A DNA stretch of 64,000 nucleotides from the human T2T-CHM13v2.0 reference genome, Homo sapiens. The stretch is taken from contig CP068257.2 in assembly GCA_009914755.4 (NCBI GenBank), forward strand, positions 38,464,001-38,528,000, given 5' to 3'. Below are positions 17,106 through 31,090 of the stretch, piece after piece. The notes beneath the pieces are model-generated. The model saw only the letters and a program-made list of their open reading frames with translations, searched no databases and had not been told where the DNA came from. Within the stretch, counting starts at the first letter, position 1. Each line of letters starts with the position of its first letter. Position numbers and translations under genes: made by a program.

Positions 17106-18185
17106 TCAAAGAAGCATGTGGCAAAAATGGATTTCCCGAAGGAATGGTCATGAACATATTAAATATCATAACAAAAAAACTCAACTCACTCTCCTCTAAA
17201 AGGCTGGCTTTGCAATATAAAATGTAACTGGTAAGTTTAAGTGACCCACCATCTACATTTTTCTCTGCAGCAGCTTTGATGGCCACCAATAAATAATTTA
17301 CCCCTTTACATTACAGGCCACAGCACTTCTGTATTTGGCTGAGATGGAGTAACAAGAACCAGATTTACCCTCCCACCTGAAACAACTGAGGAACACACAC
17401 CATCCATAAAACAATGGTTCTAAAAGCATTGCACATCAGGTAATAAATGACAGTGATCTCTGAAAGATGGGAAACGAATGAAGAAAACCCCACAATCGCA
17501 GAGATTTTGCAATTTGTAGGGCAGTGTAAATTTTATTTCTGATAAAATAGAGAGCTCCACCTCCTCAACTCGGGAGGTTGGCAGCCTTTCCAAGCTAAGG
17601 AGGCAGAGCTGAGAGCCTGAAGGAAGCTAGAGTTCACAAGGAAGAGCACTGGAAAGAGAGCTACACACAAAGGACAAGCTCTGGAGATTGAAGAGGGTCC
17701 TACTTGGGTATTCAGCTGAGCAGATCCATGGATGCATGTGAGGAAACTACCCAAGGCCAGGGAAAGACACCTGAAAGAATTGGAGGTCACGGTGCCTAAT
17801 GCTCACACAGGGATGGGAGTAGTGGCTGTTCTCACCAGTTGGGTTGGAAAACATCAAGATTCCTCGAGCATTGGGTATAGTGCATAAGGGTCTTACCACA
17901 AAGGGGAAATAATTAGCCCCAGGCTGAATACCACTCCAGTCTTTCCTAATTATTCTTAAAGGCAAGACTTAGAGAGAACAAATTATTCCTAAATAACTTA
18001 ACTACATCCAAGAATAAAGGTCAAGAATATTTATAGAATTTATAGAAATTGAAGCATGTAGTACTCCAAAAGGTGAAGTTCACAAAGTTTAACACCTACT
18101 AAAATATTTCCACAAACAAATAGCCCAAATATGTGTCACCTGATGACTGGATAAACATAATATGTCACAGCGATACCATGGAGTC

Positions 18186-18550
18186 TGTATTAGTCCATTT
18201 TCATGCTGCTGATAAAGACATACCCGAGACTAGGTAATTTATAAATAAAAAGAGGTTTAATGGATTCACAGTTCCACATGGCTGGGGAGGCCTCACGATC
18301 ACGGCAGAAGGTGAAAGGCATGTCTTACATGGTGGCAGGCAAGAAAGAATGAGGCCAAGCAAAAGGGGTTCCCCCTTGTAAAACCATTATATCTCATGAG
18401 ACTTATTCACTACGAGGAGAACAGTACAGAGGAAACTGCCCTCATGATTCAATTATCTCCCACCAGGTCTCTCCCACAACACATGGGAATTATGGGAGCT
18501 ATATAATTAAAGATGAGATTTGGCTGGGGACATGGAGCCAAGCCATATCA
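18186..18550 (-). mobile_element. THE1/MST-type (MaLR) solo LTR inserted into an old L1 3' end
   Basis: Same family as 14816-15179 ('tgtattagtccattttcatgctgctgataaagacatacccgagactaggtaatttataaat...ccatatca'). About 5-bp TSD 'gagt(c/g)'. Flanks are L1 3'UTR-like ('...ggataaacataatatgtcacagcgataccatggag' and '...cttgaaaacattatgctaagtgaaag'). Confidence 0.8.
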
Positions 18551-18912
18551 GAGTGTTATGAGATAATAGAAAGGAATGAAGTACTGATAAATGCTATAAC
18601 TTGGATAAATCTTGAAAACATTATGCTAAGTGAAAGGAGCCAATTATAAGAAACCACACATTTGTGATTCTCTTCATTTAAAATGTTCAGAATAGGCAGA
18701 TCGATGGCAACATAGATTAGTGGTTGTCAGGGGCAGGGTAGGGGAAGGGGAAAATTGGGAATGACTGCTAATGGGCGTGCAGTTTCTTTTCAGGGTGATG
18801 AAAATGTTCTAAAATTAGATAGTGGTAAGGGTTGCATAACTCTGTGAATATACTAAGAGCCACTGAATTGTTGAAGTTAAAAGTGAATGACATCTCAATA
18901 AAGCTGTCATAA
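18551..18912 (+). mobile_element. Old L1 (L1M-type) 3'-end fragment flanking the THE1 LTR
   Basis: '...cttgaaaacattatgctaagtgaaaggagccaatt...agtggttgtcaggggcagggtaggggaaggggaaaattgggaatgactgctaatgggcgtgcagtttcttttcagggtgatgaaaatgttctaaaattagatagtggtaagggttgcataactctgtgaatatactaagagccactgaattg...catctcaataaagctg' is typical of old L1 3'UTRs. Confidence 0.6.
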
Positions 18913-19195
18913 AAATTTCCAGGAAAACATAATTCATAAGAAGAAATCAATCAATCAAAATTCACCCATAATTGGCACAGACATTAGATTTATGCAAACA
19001 AGGGCAATAAAGTAGTTATAATTGTATTATAGCGGTATTATAACTGTATATGTTCAAAAATTTAAGTAGATATGATACAAAAAGACCTAAATTAAACTCA
19101 AAATGAAACTATAATGCATGAAATAAAAAATACATTGAACTTGATTAGCAGCAGCGTAGATATTGCAGAAAAACTGATTAGTGAACTTAAAGGTG

Positions 19196-19672
19196 TGGAA
19201 GGAAAATAAATATTGGGGCCCCCAAATCACTAAGCTAAAGGGAAAAGTCAAGCTGGGAACTGCTTAGGGCAAACCTGCCTCCCATTCTATTCAAAGTTAT
19301 CCCTCTGCTCACTGAGATAGATGCATATCTGATGGCCTCCTTTAGAAGGCTAATCAGAAACTCAAAAGAATGTAACCATTTGTCTCTTATCTACCTAGGA
19401 CCTAGAAGCCCCCTCCTCACGAGCCCCCTCCCCACTTTGAGTTGTCCCGCCTTTGCTTCAAGTTGTCCTGCCTTTTCAGATGGAACCAATGTTAAAAAAT
19501 TGGTTGATGTCTCATGTCTCACTAAAATGCATAAAACCAAGCTGTGCTCGGACCACCTTGAGCACATACTGTCAGGACCTCCTAAGGCTGTGTCATGGGC
19601 ACGCATCCTCACTTTGGCAAAATAAACTGCCTAAATTGACTGAGACCTGTCTCAGATATTTGAGGTTCACAA
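19196..19672 (-). repeat. Unclassified LTR-like interspersed repeat, copy A (inverted relative to copy B at 62372-62828)
   Basis: The reverse complement of 19196-19672 aligns along its length with 62372-62828 ('tgagacaggtctcag[tc]aatttag..agtttattttgc.aag', 'acatgagacatcaa', 'gatatgcatctatctcagtgagcagagggataactttgaatagaatgggaggcaggtttgccctaagcag'). Track ORFs 19332..19625(+) and 62178..62537(-) encode near-identical peptides, which confirms homology. Confidence 0.65.
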
Positions 19673-20860
19673 CACATATTAATAAATGATACATAGAAAA
19701 GAGAATAAAAAAGTTAACAGGGCATTAGTGAGCTATGGAAAAATATCAGGCTGCCTAACATGCACATAGTGGAGTTCCTAAAGGAGGGGAGAGAGACAGG
19801 ACCAAAAAAAGGTTGTAAAAATAGTGGTTGAAAAATTTCCAAATTTGATGAAAACTGTAGCCCGCAGAGCCAAGATACTCAGTGAATTCTAGCCACAAGA
19901 ATATTAAAAAAAAAAACTGTACCAAGGAGCATCATAATCAAACTACTCAAGAGTTTTAGTTTCAGTGCTAGAGAGAAAATCTTAAAAGTAGCCAGAGAAA
20001 GTAAATGTTGTGTAAAGGGGAACAAAGATAAGCATGGCAGCCAATTTCATTTGAAAAACAATCAAGGTAAGAAGACAGTGGAATGATTTCTTTCAAGTAC
20101 TGAAAGAAAAAAATCAACCTAGAATTCTATATTCAACAAATATAATTCAAAATGAAAGTGAATAAAGACTTTTTTCAGATACATAAGAAGCTGAAAGAAT
20201 TAATCACCAGTAGACCCACATTACAAGAAATGTTAAAGAAAGTCCTTCCAGCAGAAGGAAAATAATACCAGATAGACAGAGACATAAATGTACACAAATA
20301 AGTAGAAAAAGGAGGTAATTATACAGATACATATATATGGTATTTCTTATTTAAATATTATTAAAATATGGTTGATAGTTAAAAACAATACCAATGTAAT
20401 GTGGGTATATAATATAAATAAAAGTAAAATGTTTAACAATAGCACAAATGTTGGGAGGAAAAAATGGAAGTATATGATTGTAAGTTTCTTATACTATATG
20501 CAAAGTGTGTAATACCGCTTGAAAGTACACTAAGATGTTAAAAGTATATGCTGTGAATTGTAAGGAAACTGCTGAAATTACAAAATATAGCATAAAATAA
20601 AGCTAATGAACTAATAAGATAAATAAAATGGAATTACAAAAAAAACCCCAAAGAAGTCAGAGAAAGACTGACAAGGGCAACAAGTAGCACAACAGCAGCA
20701 GAACTCAAATAGCAAATAGCACTACACAGAGTTAAACATAAACATAGTAATAATAATTTTAAGTATAAATGATCTAAATATATTAAAGGCAAAGATTGTC
20801 AGACCTGATATAAAAGCAATATCCGACTATATGCTGCTTACAAGAAATGTACTTGAAATA

Positions 20861-21252
<392 letters not shown>

Positions 21253-24200
21253 TTAAGTGATATCCTATGATAACACTAATCAAAAAAATATGGAATGGCT
21301 ATAGTAATATCAGACAAAATAGATTTAAAAGCAAAGGATATTACCAGTAATAAAGACAGAAATTTCATAACGATAATGGGGTCAGTTCATCAAGAGAACA
21401 TAACAATTCTAAACATTTATTCACCTAATATTCACCTATTATTCAAAGATATGAAGCTTGGTTATTAGGTGAATAAACGTTTAGGATTTATTATTACATG
21501 AAACAAAACTAATGGAACTTCAAGGAGACATAGACCTAGATAGGTCAGAATTGTTCCTTAAAAAGCCATGTGAAGTAGGTGGAGCTGGATCCATTTTATA
21601 GATCAGGAAACTGAGGTTCAGAGAAAGTAAGTGATTCACTGATGTCACAAGACCAGACAACTGCAGAACAATGGCTCCAGCTCAGGGCCTCTGGTCCCAA
21701 GTCTGGTGCTATTTCCTCACACTTTATGCTGTCAATTAGAAGTGACCAAAACAAGAAGGACTTACTTTTACTCTTGTTAGCTTTTCAATAAACCTTACAT
21801 GCCTCAGCAGGCTGCATAAGTTACAATACCAGTCATGCAATTAAACAGGGGATTTAAATCTTCACTATATCTCTTAATTGTCATACAACCTCATGCTTCC
21901 TCAACAAAACATAATGTCAGATAATTACTTATTGTCAAAACTTTAATTTGTGGGTACACAGTGTCAGATGATTTGGAGAGACTCTTGCATGGATTCCCTA
22001 GATACATCACTATAATCTAGCATGCACGTGCATGTGTATGCACTCATTTACACCTCACCTCCACCCCCCTCCCACTACAACACTCCAGTCACGTCTTAGA
22101 GTATTATGGGAAAATTAGTCCCTCTAGAAGTTCAGAGGGAATTTGGCCTGTTTCCTGATAAACCAAAGAGACAATCCTGAGACTGTATGTACTTGCATTG
22201 TGTGATTCTCCAAGGCTATGTCATTGCCAAATTAATTTTACAAAGCTTAATGATGTGCAAATTCTAACAATTACTCTTACTGAACATTAAGCATCAGGAA
22301 AGCATTAAGATATATTTATAAAATAAAGATCTTTTTCTGTGTAGACAACATAGCTTTTAGTTAAAACTCCATACTTATCCTGTTGACAAGGTAAAATTCG
22401 TTCTTGATTACCTCCAAAACACACACTTTAATTTTTGCCTGTAACATAATGCATGGCTAAAATCAACAATAAAATATGACTTTTTATGCAACAAGATTTG
22501 TTTCATCATTTATATAGAAGACTAATCAAGAATTGAAGTAAAAAAGGTATATTCATAGAAACTTCCTTAATTTCTCCGTAGGTTAGGATGAAAAATAATA
22601 ACGTCAAGCTGTTAGTGGCTCCTATTGGTTATTTGGGTAAGTTAGTTACACTGATGTCACCACCCTTTGATGCCACTGTGTATTCCTCTGAGGACTGCCA
22701 TAATTAGGCACAATTTTCCTGGTCTTAGTAGAAGGGCAAGCAGAAAGTTGATAACTGAACAATTTAAACCATCAGAGTTGATTTATTTTCTTTGGAATAT
22801 ATGTAACTGGATATTAAAGTTGACTCTTCCTGTTCTCTGGAAGTTTTAGCGATGATCTTAAAGCGTGAGAATGCTCCTAAAGATGCCAGTGCCTTCTTTC
22901 CTAACAAGAGCTGTGAGGCCACCTGGGCAGGACTTGCTGGTTCTCATGTTTTGCCAGTCATCCATTTCCAGGCTCCAAAAGAGGCTGGGGCAGGAATAAG
23001 GATTTTCTGTTGAGAGAGGTCTGTGAGTATTCCCTCTTATGGGTGGAAGAGGGCTTTGAGCTCTAGGGAATCTCTCGGAGAACTTGGAGTCTGAAGGACA
23101 CAGAGCTTGGTAAGTGAGCCACACCTGAGAAGGCTAATGGCGAACCACAGTGGCAGAGGTTAGCCCTGCTCACAACAGGAGAGGAGGCTGGGCTGGACTG
23201 GCCACGCCTCCTAGAGTGAAGCAGGGTAAGGATGCCTACTGGTTGACCCTAGAGGACAGAGCAAGCCTGGATGTCTTGAGAGAGAGAACCATAGGCATGA
23301 AATGCCTCCAACAGAGGGATGCAGTGTAAATTATATAGTATTTATTGTAAACAGAATCATTAGCTATGGATGGTGCATAACTCAATCATTATTAACCATT
23401 TTAACAGTAGGTAGGAGAAAAAAGAAAAAAAGAGCAAAATGGGAAGAAAATAACCAGAAGTTCTCTCAGTGTAGTGGAGCCAATCTAGTTGATTAAATCC
23501 TTTTTAATGCTCAGCCAAAAATGCTTGTTCTGAAAAGAAGGGATGATAAATATCATCTCCTTTTGAAATATTTCCCTCCATATTTTATTAAGTTAGGATA
23601 GCATGGACTATATTTATATTTCATTAATTTTCTTTTTATTGGATACCAGATTTTCCAACACAACAATCCAATAGTGTGTAAACTGACTTGCTAATTTCTA
23701 CATGCATATTTTATTACGTAGCACTCTCTTCCAAATATAGAGAATGTTCAATGAGAAGGGATCACTTTGATTTCCAGATTTCGCCTGATATATCAGCTGG
23801 GTTGCTATTTCAGAGACTCTGAATCTTTTTTTTTTTTTTTTTTAAAGAAACAAAGCAAAGCTTCGCTATCAAGGACAACAGATAAACACTGCGGTATAAA
23901 GAAGGGCAAACTCACAATGGAGTTTCTTAGGGATTAATGAACCAAATATGGCAAAAGGAGAAATCTGTGGGGAAGCAACAGAGACACTTTTCTTAATATT
24001 TAAATATTTCATTTTCTTCAGGTAGACTTTGAACTCTCCAGTCTCATCTTCTTTAGAGTTAAGACAGACGTGTCAGTCATCCTAGATTTTGTTATGCCTA
24101 AAGTGTGAATTAATTTTGAGTGGACTACAGTAATTGTGCTAACCATTTGTTTGAAGAGAAGACATAAGAGTTCCTTTGTGACCTGTGGAAATACAGAAAC

Positions 24201-24596
24201 AGCTAACATTACGAAGTTGCCGCCAGGCATGGACTTGAGGGATCCCATCCCCCATGTCCCTGAACCAGAATGCCAGGGATTCCCTTCCATGGCTTATTTT
24301 TAATCCTGCTCTGTCTATGCCCAGCTTGAGGAAGTGGATGGGACATTTGTGGACTGGGGTTGCCAATTATTTTGCATCTGTCATATATTCCTCTTGGCTA
24401 GCTGAGGAAAAAGCCTGTTATTTCTCATCTAAAATGTGTTTAAACATGTAGGCTCTATCCAAGTTGAGAAGCAAGCCAACATTTATTATTAATTAATCAC
24501 TTCTCAATTGAAAGGCTCTAAGTGGCTGCCAAGTTACTGATTTCTTGGTCCACCAGATAACATGGTGGCATGAGAAGAACAGGGCTCTCTCTGGCT

Positions 24597-24802
24597 CAGC
24601 GGTCCCCAGCCTTTTTGGCATCAGGGACAGATTTCGTGGAAGACAGTTTTTTTTTTCACAGATGGATGGACGTGGTAGGATGGGATGGTCTTGGGATGAA
24701 ACTGTTTCACCTCAGATCATCAGGCATTAGTTGGATTCCCATAAGAAGCATGCAGTATAGGTCCCTAGTATTAGTCCGTAGCCCGGGGGTTGGGGAATCC
24801 TG
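24597..24802. mobile_element. MER1-like hAT (Charlie-type) non-autonomous DNA transposon / MITE
   Basis: 'cagcggtccccagcctttttggcatcagggacagatttcgtggaagacagttttt...ggatgaaactgtttcacctcagatcatcaggcattag...ccgtagcccgggggttggggaatcctg'. The terminal inverted repeats 'caggggtcccca...tggggacccctg' resemble MER1 as I remember it. Subfamily is uncertain. Confidence 0.6.
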
Positions 24803-26861
24803 CTCTACCGATGTCATGTAACAGGGGCGATCCACAGTGTTCTTAGGGGAAGATTTGGGTATTTGGTCTGAGGACACACACATAAAATGTAAAATATGCA
24901 TGTTGCTTATGTAATGAACCATCTCAAATACTATTCTTACAGTGGGCTGGTCATGGTTTTTACTGTGGGAGGTGGTGGGGGGGGGTCCAGGCAGACACTG
25001 CTGCCTTCAAAGTATGGAGGTCTGTGGATAAGGGATGTTGGCGAGAGTTATAGGACCCCATGAGCCAGACATAGAAGCTTGTTGGACTATCGTTCTCTCC
25101 TTTGGGCTGTGGGAAGAAAATCTAGGCAAAAGTTCTTAGCTTCATGCCTCGTAATAGGAAGGGCTTGTAAATAATTACTGAGTTTCAATTAATGGTCATT
25201 TACTGAGTTCAGTTGCAGTGTGTAGATTATAAGGCAAGTTCCTGCCCCCGGGGAGCAAGAAGTGACCACAGCTTGGCAAACAGATTAATTTAAAATGAGG
25301 CACCATAGAAGTCTGACCAATTCCTACTAAAATTTAGATATAAACTCGTTTGAACCTTTCTCTAAAACCAACCCTGTCATAGTTGAAGACATGGATGAAT
25401 ATTTATAAGATGCCTAAAAAATAAATGGAAACTTCATATATTTGTTGTAAAAAATATTTATAGCAAGGTTTTACAAGACTTCTGACATGTTTGCCTCCCC
25501 AAAGCCGTATCCAGAGTGGAAAATACAGTAAATGGGATAAATCTTGTGACACCCAAGCCAGAGCGTTCACATTTCAAGCGTTTTGTCTTTGTATGTTACT
25601 GCTTTAGGTCTGCTGGGTAGAGTCGTGGGTTCCTAAGGAACTAAATGTGCACAGTTTACTCTTCCAGTCAAAAGAGTGTAAGGGTTGTGAGGAAGTTAGT
25701 TTTCTCCTAGTGCTTCAGGGTCAACTCATGGAAAGCCTGGGAACAGCGTCTTCTAGACCTGCCTTCATTCCACAATTATTGTTGCCTTGTGGTGTTGATA
25801 TAATATTTTTCTTTTCATGTGTAAGATGCTTTTGACCAGTAAATAAGATATAATTAGCCACAGTGAGGCACTTTAAACACTCTTTGGTCATGTCTATAAA
25901 ACTAGACGTTTACCCAATAATTGCCAAATTCATTTCCGAACCCCTCACATTACTTAGCTTGTAGCTGCACTTGTAAGACCTTGCAGAGCCTTCTCTAGTC
26001 CTCTCAATCAGGGGCTAAGTCTGCCCTTTGTCTTTCATAGCCTTTGCCTTTATTCCACTGTGGGTTATGGTCTTGCATGTGCTTACTGCATCTCCCCAGG
26101 GGTCAGGCTCCCCGACCCATCCCTCTACTCCTTTTACTCACCCATCCCTCTACTCACTCTGCAGGGAACCTGGTTCAGAGCATTGCTTAGAGCTGGGACT
26201 CAATGACCAGTAACTGGAATACACTGAAGAAATTCTTGTTGTACTAGGTGAGTTTAGTAATGACCTAGAAATGATTTGAGTACGATAGGAAATAATGAGG
26301 ATAAAATGACTACAAAGCCATAGGCTGTTCATGTCAAACTATTCAGCCTGTCTGATATAAAAGGAATTCTACTTTTAAAAATTTCAATTAACTTTTTAAT
26401 GAAAAACTAATTCTATAAGGAAATGTGATGTTTTAAAAAGCTCTGATAGCTAATTGTTAACATGCAATTAAAAAAACTGAAGGCTGTGATTTCATAGATA
26501 GAATGTCCACAGCAGTGAAAAAAAAACTCCCCCAAGCAATAAACAAAATTGTTAGCTCTTTTAATTATAGGGTAAGGGAACTTTTAGAATGCTTAACATC
26601 TTCTTGTTTAGTGGCAAAGAAATGGCCTGGATTCCATTAAGAATTAGCAGTTCACTGCATTAATTTAAGATTTTTAAAATTCTTATGTATAATATATTTT
26701 GATCTAATTTCCATTTTATTTCACAGTTCCCATCTATAAAAGAAGATGTCATGGCAGAAAGATCTTCCTAAAGGCATAGGTTGAGAGGCCAACATTGGTA
26801 GAAATGGGATAACAGCCAGGCAATTCTGGTAGTTTCCTCTGCCTTTCACTGAGATTACTGT

Positions 26862-27115
26862 AGATACCATTACATATATGACTATATATATGACTATATA
26901 TAGACTATGTATATAACTATATACATAGACTATTGGCTACTTTTAAAAAGCCTTTCAAATATAAAATATTTTATATATGACCATATATATATATATGACT
27001 ATAGATACCATTATATATATGTCTATATATATGACTATATGTAGACTATATATATAATTATATACATAGACTATTGGCTACTTTTAAAAAGCCTTTCAAA
27101 TATAAAATATTTTAT
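26862..27115. repeat. Tandem duplication (about 125-140-bp unit x2) within TA-rich low-complexity sequence
   Basis: '...atatgactatatatagactatgtatataactatatacatagactattggctacttttaaaaagcctttcaaatataaaatattttat' occurs twice (ends at about 26985 and about 27115) with minor differences. Confidence 0.85.
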
Positions 27116-28513
27116 TTTTGGCCTTCCAAATATAAAAGTTATTGCTATAATGTTTTGCAACTATATTAAAGTTGATATCCAGAGAAGGCATGAGAAAAAC
27201 TAGTTTCTTGATGTAATTGTTTAGAATTAGAAGCACCATCCAATTAGCCCAGGTGGCATTACAGATACTTATGTTAACAGGCTCTTTCCAACCGATATAA
27301 TCTCCCTTTGCTACAATTTTTCCTCATCCCCTTTTCATTGTCATACCACCTGCCATGAAAATTATCTATCTGTCAAAGTTACATTATTAATTTAACTTGA
27401 TTGCTGTCACCTATTCAACAAATTCTGTACAAAAAAACTAATTTGTTATCATATAGTTTCTCACATACAAGAAATTAATGAGAAACACAATTCTTAGTAA
27501 TAAAAATAATATATGCAGAATTTACAAAATTGAAAAAAATAGCTCTTTCCACTAGTGTTAATTGAAAAATGATTTAAAGCCAATTTATTTCCTTAAATAG
27601 TACAATATGTCTGTGTCAGGCCAAGTCAAAAAGATAAGATGTTTTCAAAGCTGCAATCTTCCAAAAGCTCCAAAAGCTAATTGATAAAAAGGGCATTTTA
27701 GCAAAACTTTGGAGACAGTAAAAAGATCAGAGGTTAAGAGGGTGGGATGAATAGGAGGAGCACAGAGGGTTTTCAGGGCAGTGAAACTTCTGCATGATGC
27801 TATAATGGTGGATCCATGTCATCAAACATTTGTCCAAACCTATAAAATGTACAACCCCAAGAGTAAGTCTTACATAAACTATGAACACTGGCTAATAATG
27901 ATGTGTCAATGTAGGTTCCACCATTGTTACAAATGCACCACTTTATTGGGGGATGTCGATAGTGGGGGAGGCTGTGCAGTAGGGGCAGGGGCATTTGGAA
28001 AATCTCTGTACCTTCTTCTCAATTTTTCTGTGAACCTAAAACTGCTTAAAAAATAAAGTCAAGTTTTTTAAAGGCATTTTAGCCTGTGGATAATCAGAAA
28101 GCTCTACGCAGCAATGGGGAAGTACATTCAGGGTGGCATACACTAAGCTACCTAGTCTGAATGAATGCTACCTCAAAGCTAGAATGCTTAGTGACAGGTT
28201 ATCTGACAAATCAGGCAGGCAGTCTTATGAGACTGAGCTTCAAAAGAGATTTCCAGGGCCTCTTTCTGTATGAAAATTTTAGGGGAGTATATGCTTAAGT
28301 TTTCTTTGCTCTATAAATTACATGATTGGGCTCAGAATTTTAAAGGCCAAGATTTCTACCTTGAGTATAGGCCATCTGCATTTTACCAGTTATAGCAATT
28401 GAATGATTTCACATAATGCCTAGTGGACAAACAACCACTGAGAACAATATGAGAAGAAAACTGAAATATAGCTTCAACAGAAAGATTGAGTAGTTATTGG
28501 CTTGTTCACTGTG

Positions 28514-28880
28514 TGATATGGGTTGGCTGTGTCCCCACCCAAATCTCATTTTGAATTGTAGTTCCCACAATCCCCATGTGCCGTGGGAGGGACCCCGTGG
28601 GAGGTAACTGAATCATGGGTGTGGTTACCCTCATGCTGTTCTTGTGACAGTGAGTGAGTTCTCATGAGACCTGGCTTTATAAGGGGCATTTCCCGCCTTG
28701 GTTCTGCACTTCCTCTTGCTGCTGCCACGTGAAGAAGGACATGTTTGTGTCCCCTTCCACCATGATTGTAAGTTTCCTAAGGCCTCCCCAGCCATGCTGA
28801 ACTGTAAGTCAATTAAACCTCTTTCCTTTGTAAGTCACTCAATCTTGAGTATGTCTTTATTAGCAGTGTGAGAACAGACA
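28514..28880 (+). mobile_element. THE1/MST-type (MaLR) solo LTR
   Basis: 'tgatatgggttggctgtgtccccacccaaatctcattttgaattgtagttcccacaatccccatgtgccgtgggagggacc...gcagtgtgagaacagaca'. 5-bp TSD 'ctgtg' at 28509-28513 and 28881-28885. Confidence 0.85.
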
Positions 28881-29014
28881 CTGTGAATAGGATAACAGGG
28901 AAAAAAGACCACTATTAAATGATAAACTTATAAAAAACAACATCGACTTCCCTTCCACTTTCTTAAAGAATAGAAGTCAAATAAATAGGCAAAAATTGCA
29001 CACAAAAAACTGAG

Positions 29015-31090
29015 AAGATTTAGAACCACATTCCATATCTATTGAGATAATCATGTAGTTTTTGTCTTTACTTCTGTTTATGTGATGAATCACATTTATT
29101 GATTGAGTATGTTGAACCAACCTTGCATCCTGGGAATAAAGCCTACTTGATCATGGTGGATAAGTGTATTAGCCCATTTTTATACTGCTATGAAGAAATA
29201 CCAGAGACTGTGTAATTTATAAAGAAAAAGAAGTTTAATGGACTCACAGTTCCACATGGCTGGGGAGGCTTTAAAATCATGGCAGAAGGCGAAGGAGGAG
29301 CAAAGGCATGTTTTACATGGTGGCAGACAAGAGAGGGTGTGCAGGGGAACTGCTCTTTATAAAACCATCAGAACTCATGAGACTTATTCACTATCATGAG
29401 AACAGCACAGGAAAATCCGCCCCCATGATTCAATTACCTTCCACCGGGTCTTTCCCATGACACATGGAGAAAATGTGAGGTACAATTCAAGAAGAGATTT
29501 GAGTGGAGACACAGCCAAACTATATCAATAAGCTTTTTGATGTATTGCTGGATTCAGTTTTTCAGTATTTTGTTGAGATTTCTGCATTGATGTTCATCAA
29601 GGATATTCTCCTGAAGTTTTCTTTTTTGTCATATCTCTGCCAGATTTGGGTATCAGGATGATGCTGGCCTCATAGAACGAGTTAGGAAGGAGTCCCCCCT
29701 CCTAGATTTTTTGGAATAGTTTCAATAGGAATGGTACCAGCTCTTCTTTGTATATCTTGTAGAATTCAGCCATGAATCCATCTAATCTTGGGCTTTTTTC
29801 ATTTGGTAGGCTACTTATTCCTGCCTCAACTTCAGAACTCATTATTGGTATGTTCGGGGATTCAATTTCTTCCTATTTCAGTCTTGGGAGAGTGTATGTG
29901 TTCAGGAATTTATCCATTTCTTCTAGGTTTTCTAGTTTATGTGCATAGAGGTGTTCATAATATTCTCTGATGGTTGTTTGTATTTCTGTGGGGCCAGTGG
30001 TAACATCCCACTTATTTATTCTGATTGTACTTGTTTGAATCTTGTCACTTTTTTTCTTTATTATCCTAGCTAGTGGTCTATTTTATTTTTTTTTTCAAAA
30101 AACTAGATCCTGGATTTGTTGATCCATTGAATGGTTTTTCATGTCTCTATCTCCTTCTGTTCAGCTCTGATTTTGATTATTTCTTGTCTTTTGCTAGCTT
30201 TGGGATTTGTTTGTTCTTGATTCTCTAGTTCTTCTAGCTGTGATGTTAGGTTGTTAACTTGAGACCTTTCTAACTTTTTGACGTGGGCATTTAGTACTAT
30301 AAATTTCTCTCTTAACACTGCCTTAGCAGTGTCTCAGAGATTCTGGTACATTGTATCTTTGTTCTTATTAGTTTCAAAGAACTTCTTGATTTCTGTCTTA
30401 ATTTCATTATTTACCCCCAAAGTCATTCAGGAGCAGGTCATTCAATTTCCATGTAATTTGTATAGTTTTAAGTGAATTTCTTAGTATTGATTTTGAATAT
30501 GATTGTGCTGTGGTCTGAGAGACTGTTACGACTTCAGTTCTTTTGCATTTGCTGAGGAGTGTTTTACTTCTGATTAATATGATCAATTTTACAGTAAGTG
30601 TCATATAGCAATGAGAAGAATGTATATTCTGTTGTTTGGGGGTGGAGAGTTCTGTAAATATCTTTCAGATCCATTTGAGTTCTGTAGATATTTATCAAAT
30701 CCATCTAATTCAGGACCTGAGCTCAGGTCCTGAATATCTTTGTTAATTTTTTGTCTCAATGATCTGTCTAATATTGTCAGTGGGGTGTTAAAGTCTCCCA
30801 CTGTTATTGGGTGGGAGTCTAAGTCTCTTTAATGGTCTCTAAGAACTTGCTTTATGAACCTGGGTGCTCCCGTGTTGGATGTATATATATTTAGGATAGT
30901 TAGATCTTCTTGAATTGAACCCTTTACCATTATGTAAAATATAGGATGATGTAAATTTAGGACAGTTAGATCTTTGTCTTTTTTGTTCTTTGTTGGTTTA
31001 AAGTCTGTTTTGTCAGAAACTAGGATTGCAACCCCTGCTTTTTTCTGTTTTTGATTTGCTTACTGGATTTTCCTCCATCCCTTTATTTTG
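29015..31090 (-). mobile_element. Old LINE-1 (L1PB/L1MA-age), inverted 5' segment of a twin-primed copy (ORF2 roughly aa 60-575), interrupted by the THE1 LTR at 29165-29527
   Basis: The minus strand translates to L1 ORF2 endonuclease and RT sequence (e.g. 'MGDFNTPLTILDRSLRQKINKDIQ', '[14 protein letters not shown]...TWKLNDLLLNDF'). The segment ends at 'atctcaatagat' near 29015. Confidence 0.8.
29165..29527 (-). mobile_element. THE1/MST-type (MaLR) solo LTR inserted into the inverted segment of an old L1
   Basis: 'tgtattagcccatttttatactgctatgaagaaataccagagactgtgtaatttataaag...cacagccaaactatatca'. 5-bp TSD 'ataag' at 29160-29164 and 29528-29532. The flanking sequence is contiguous L1 ORF2 antisense ('cctacttgatcatggtggataag' / 'ctttttgatgtattgctggattcag'). 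Confidence 0.85.
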
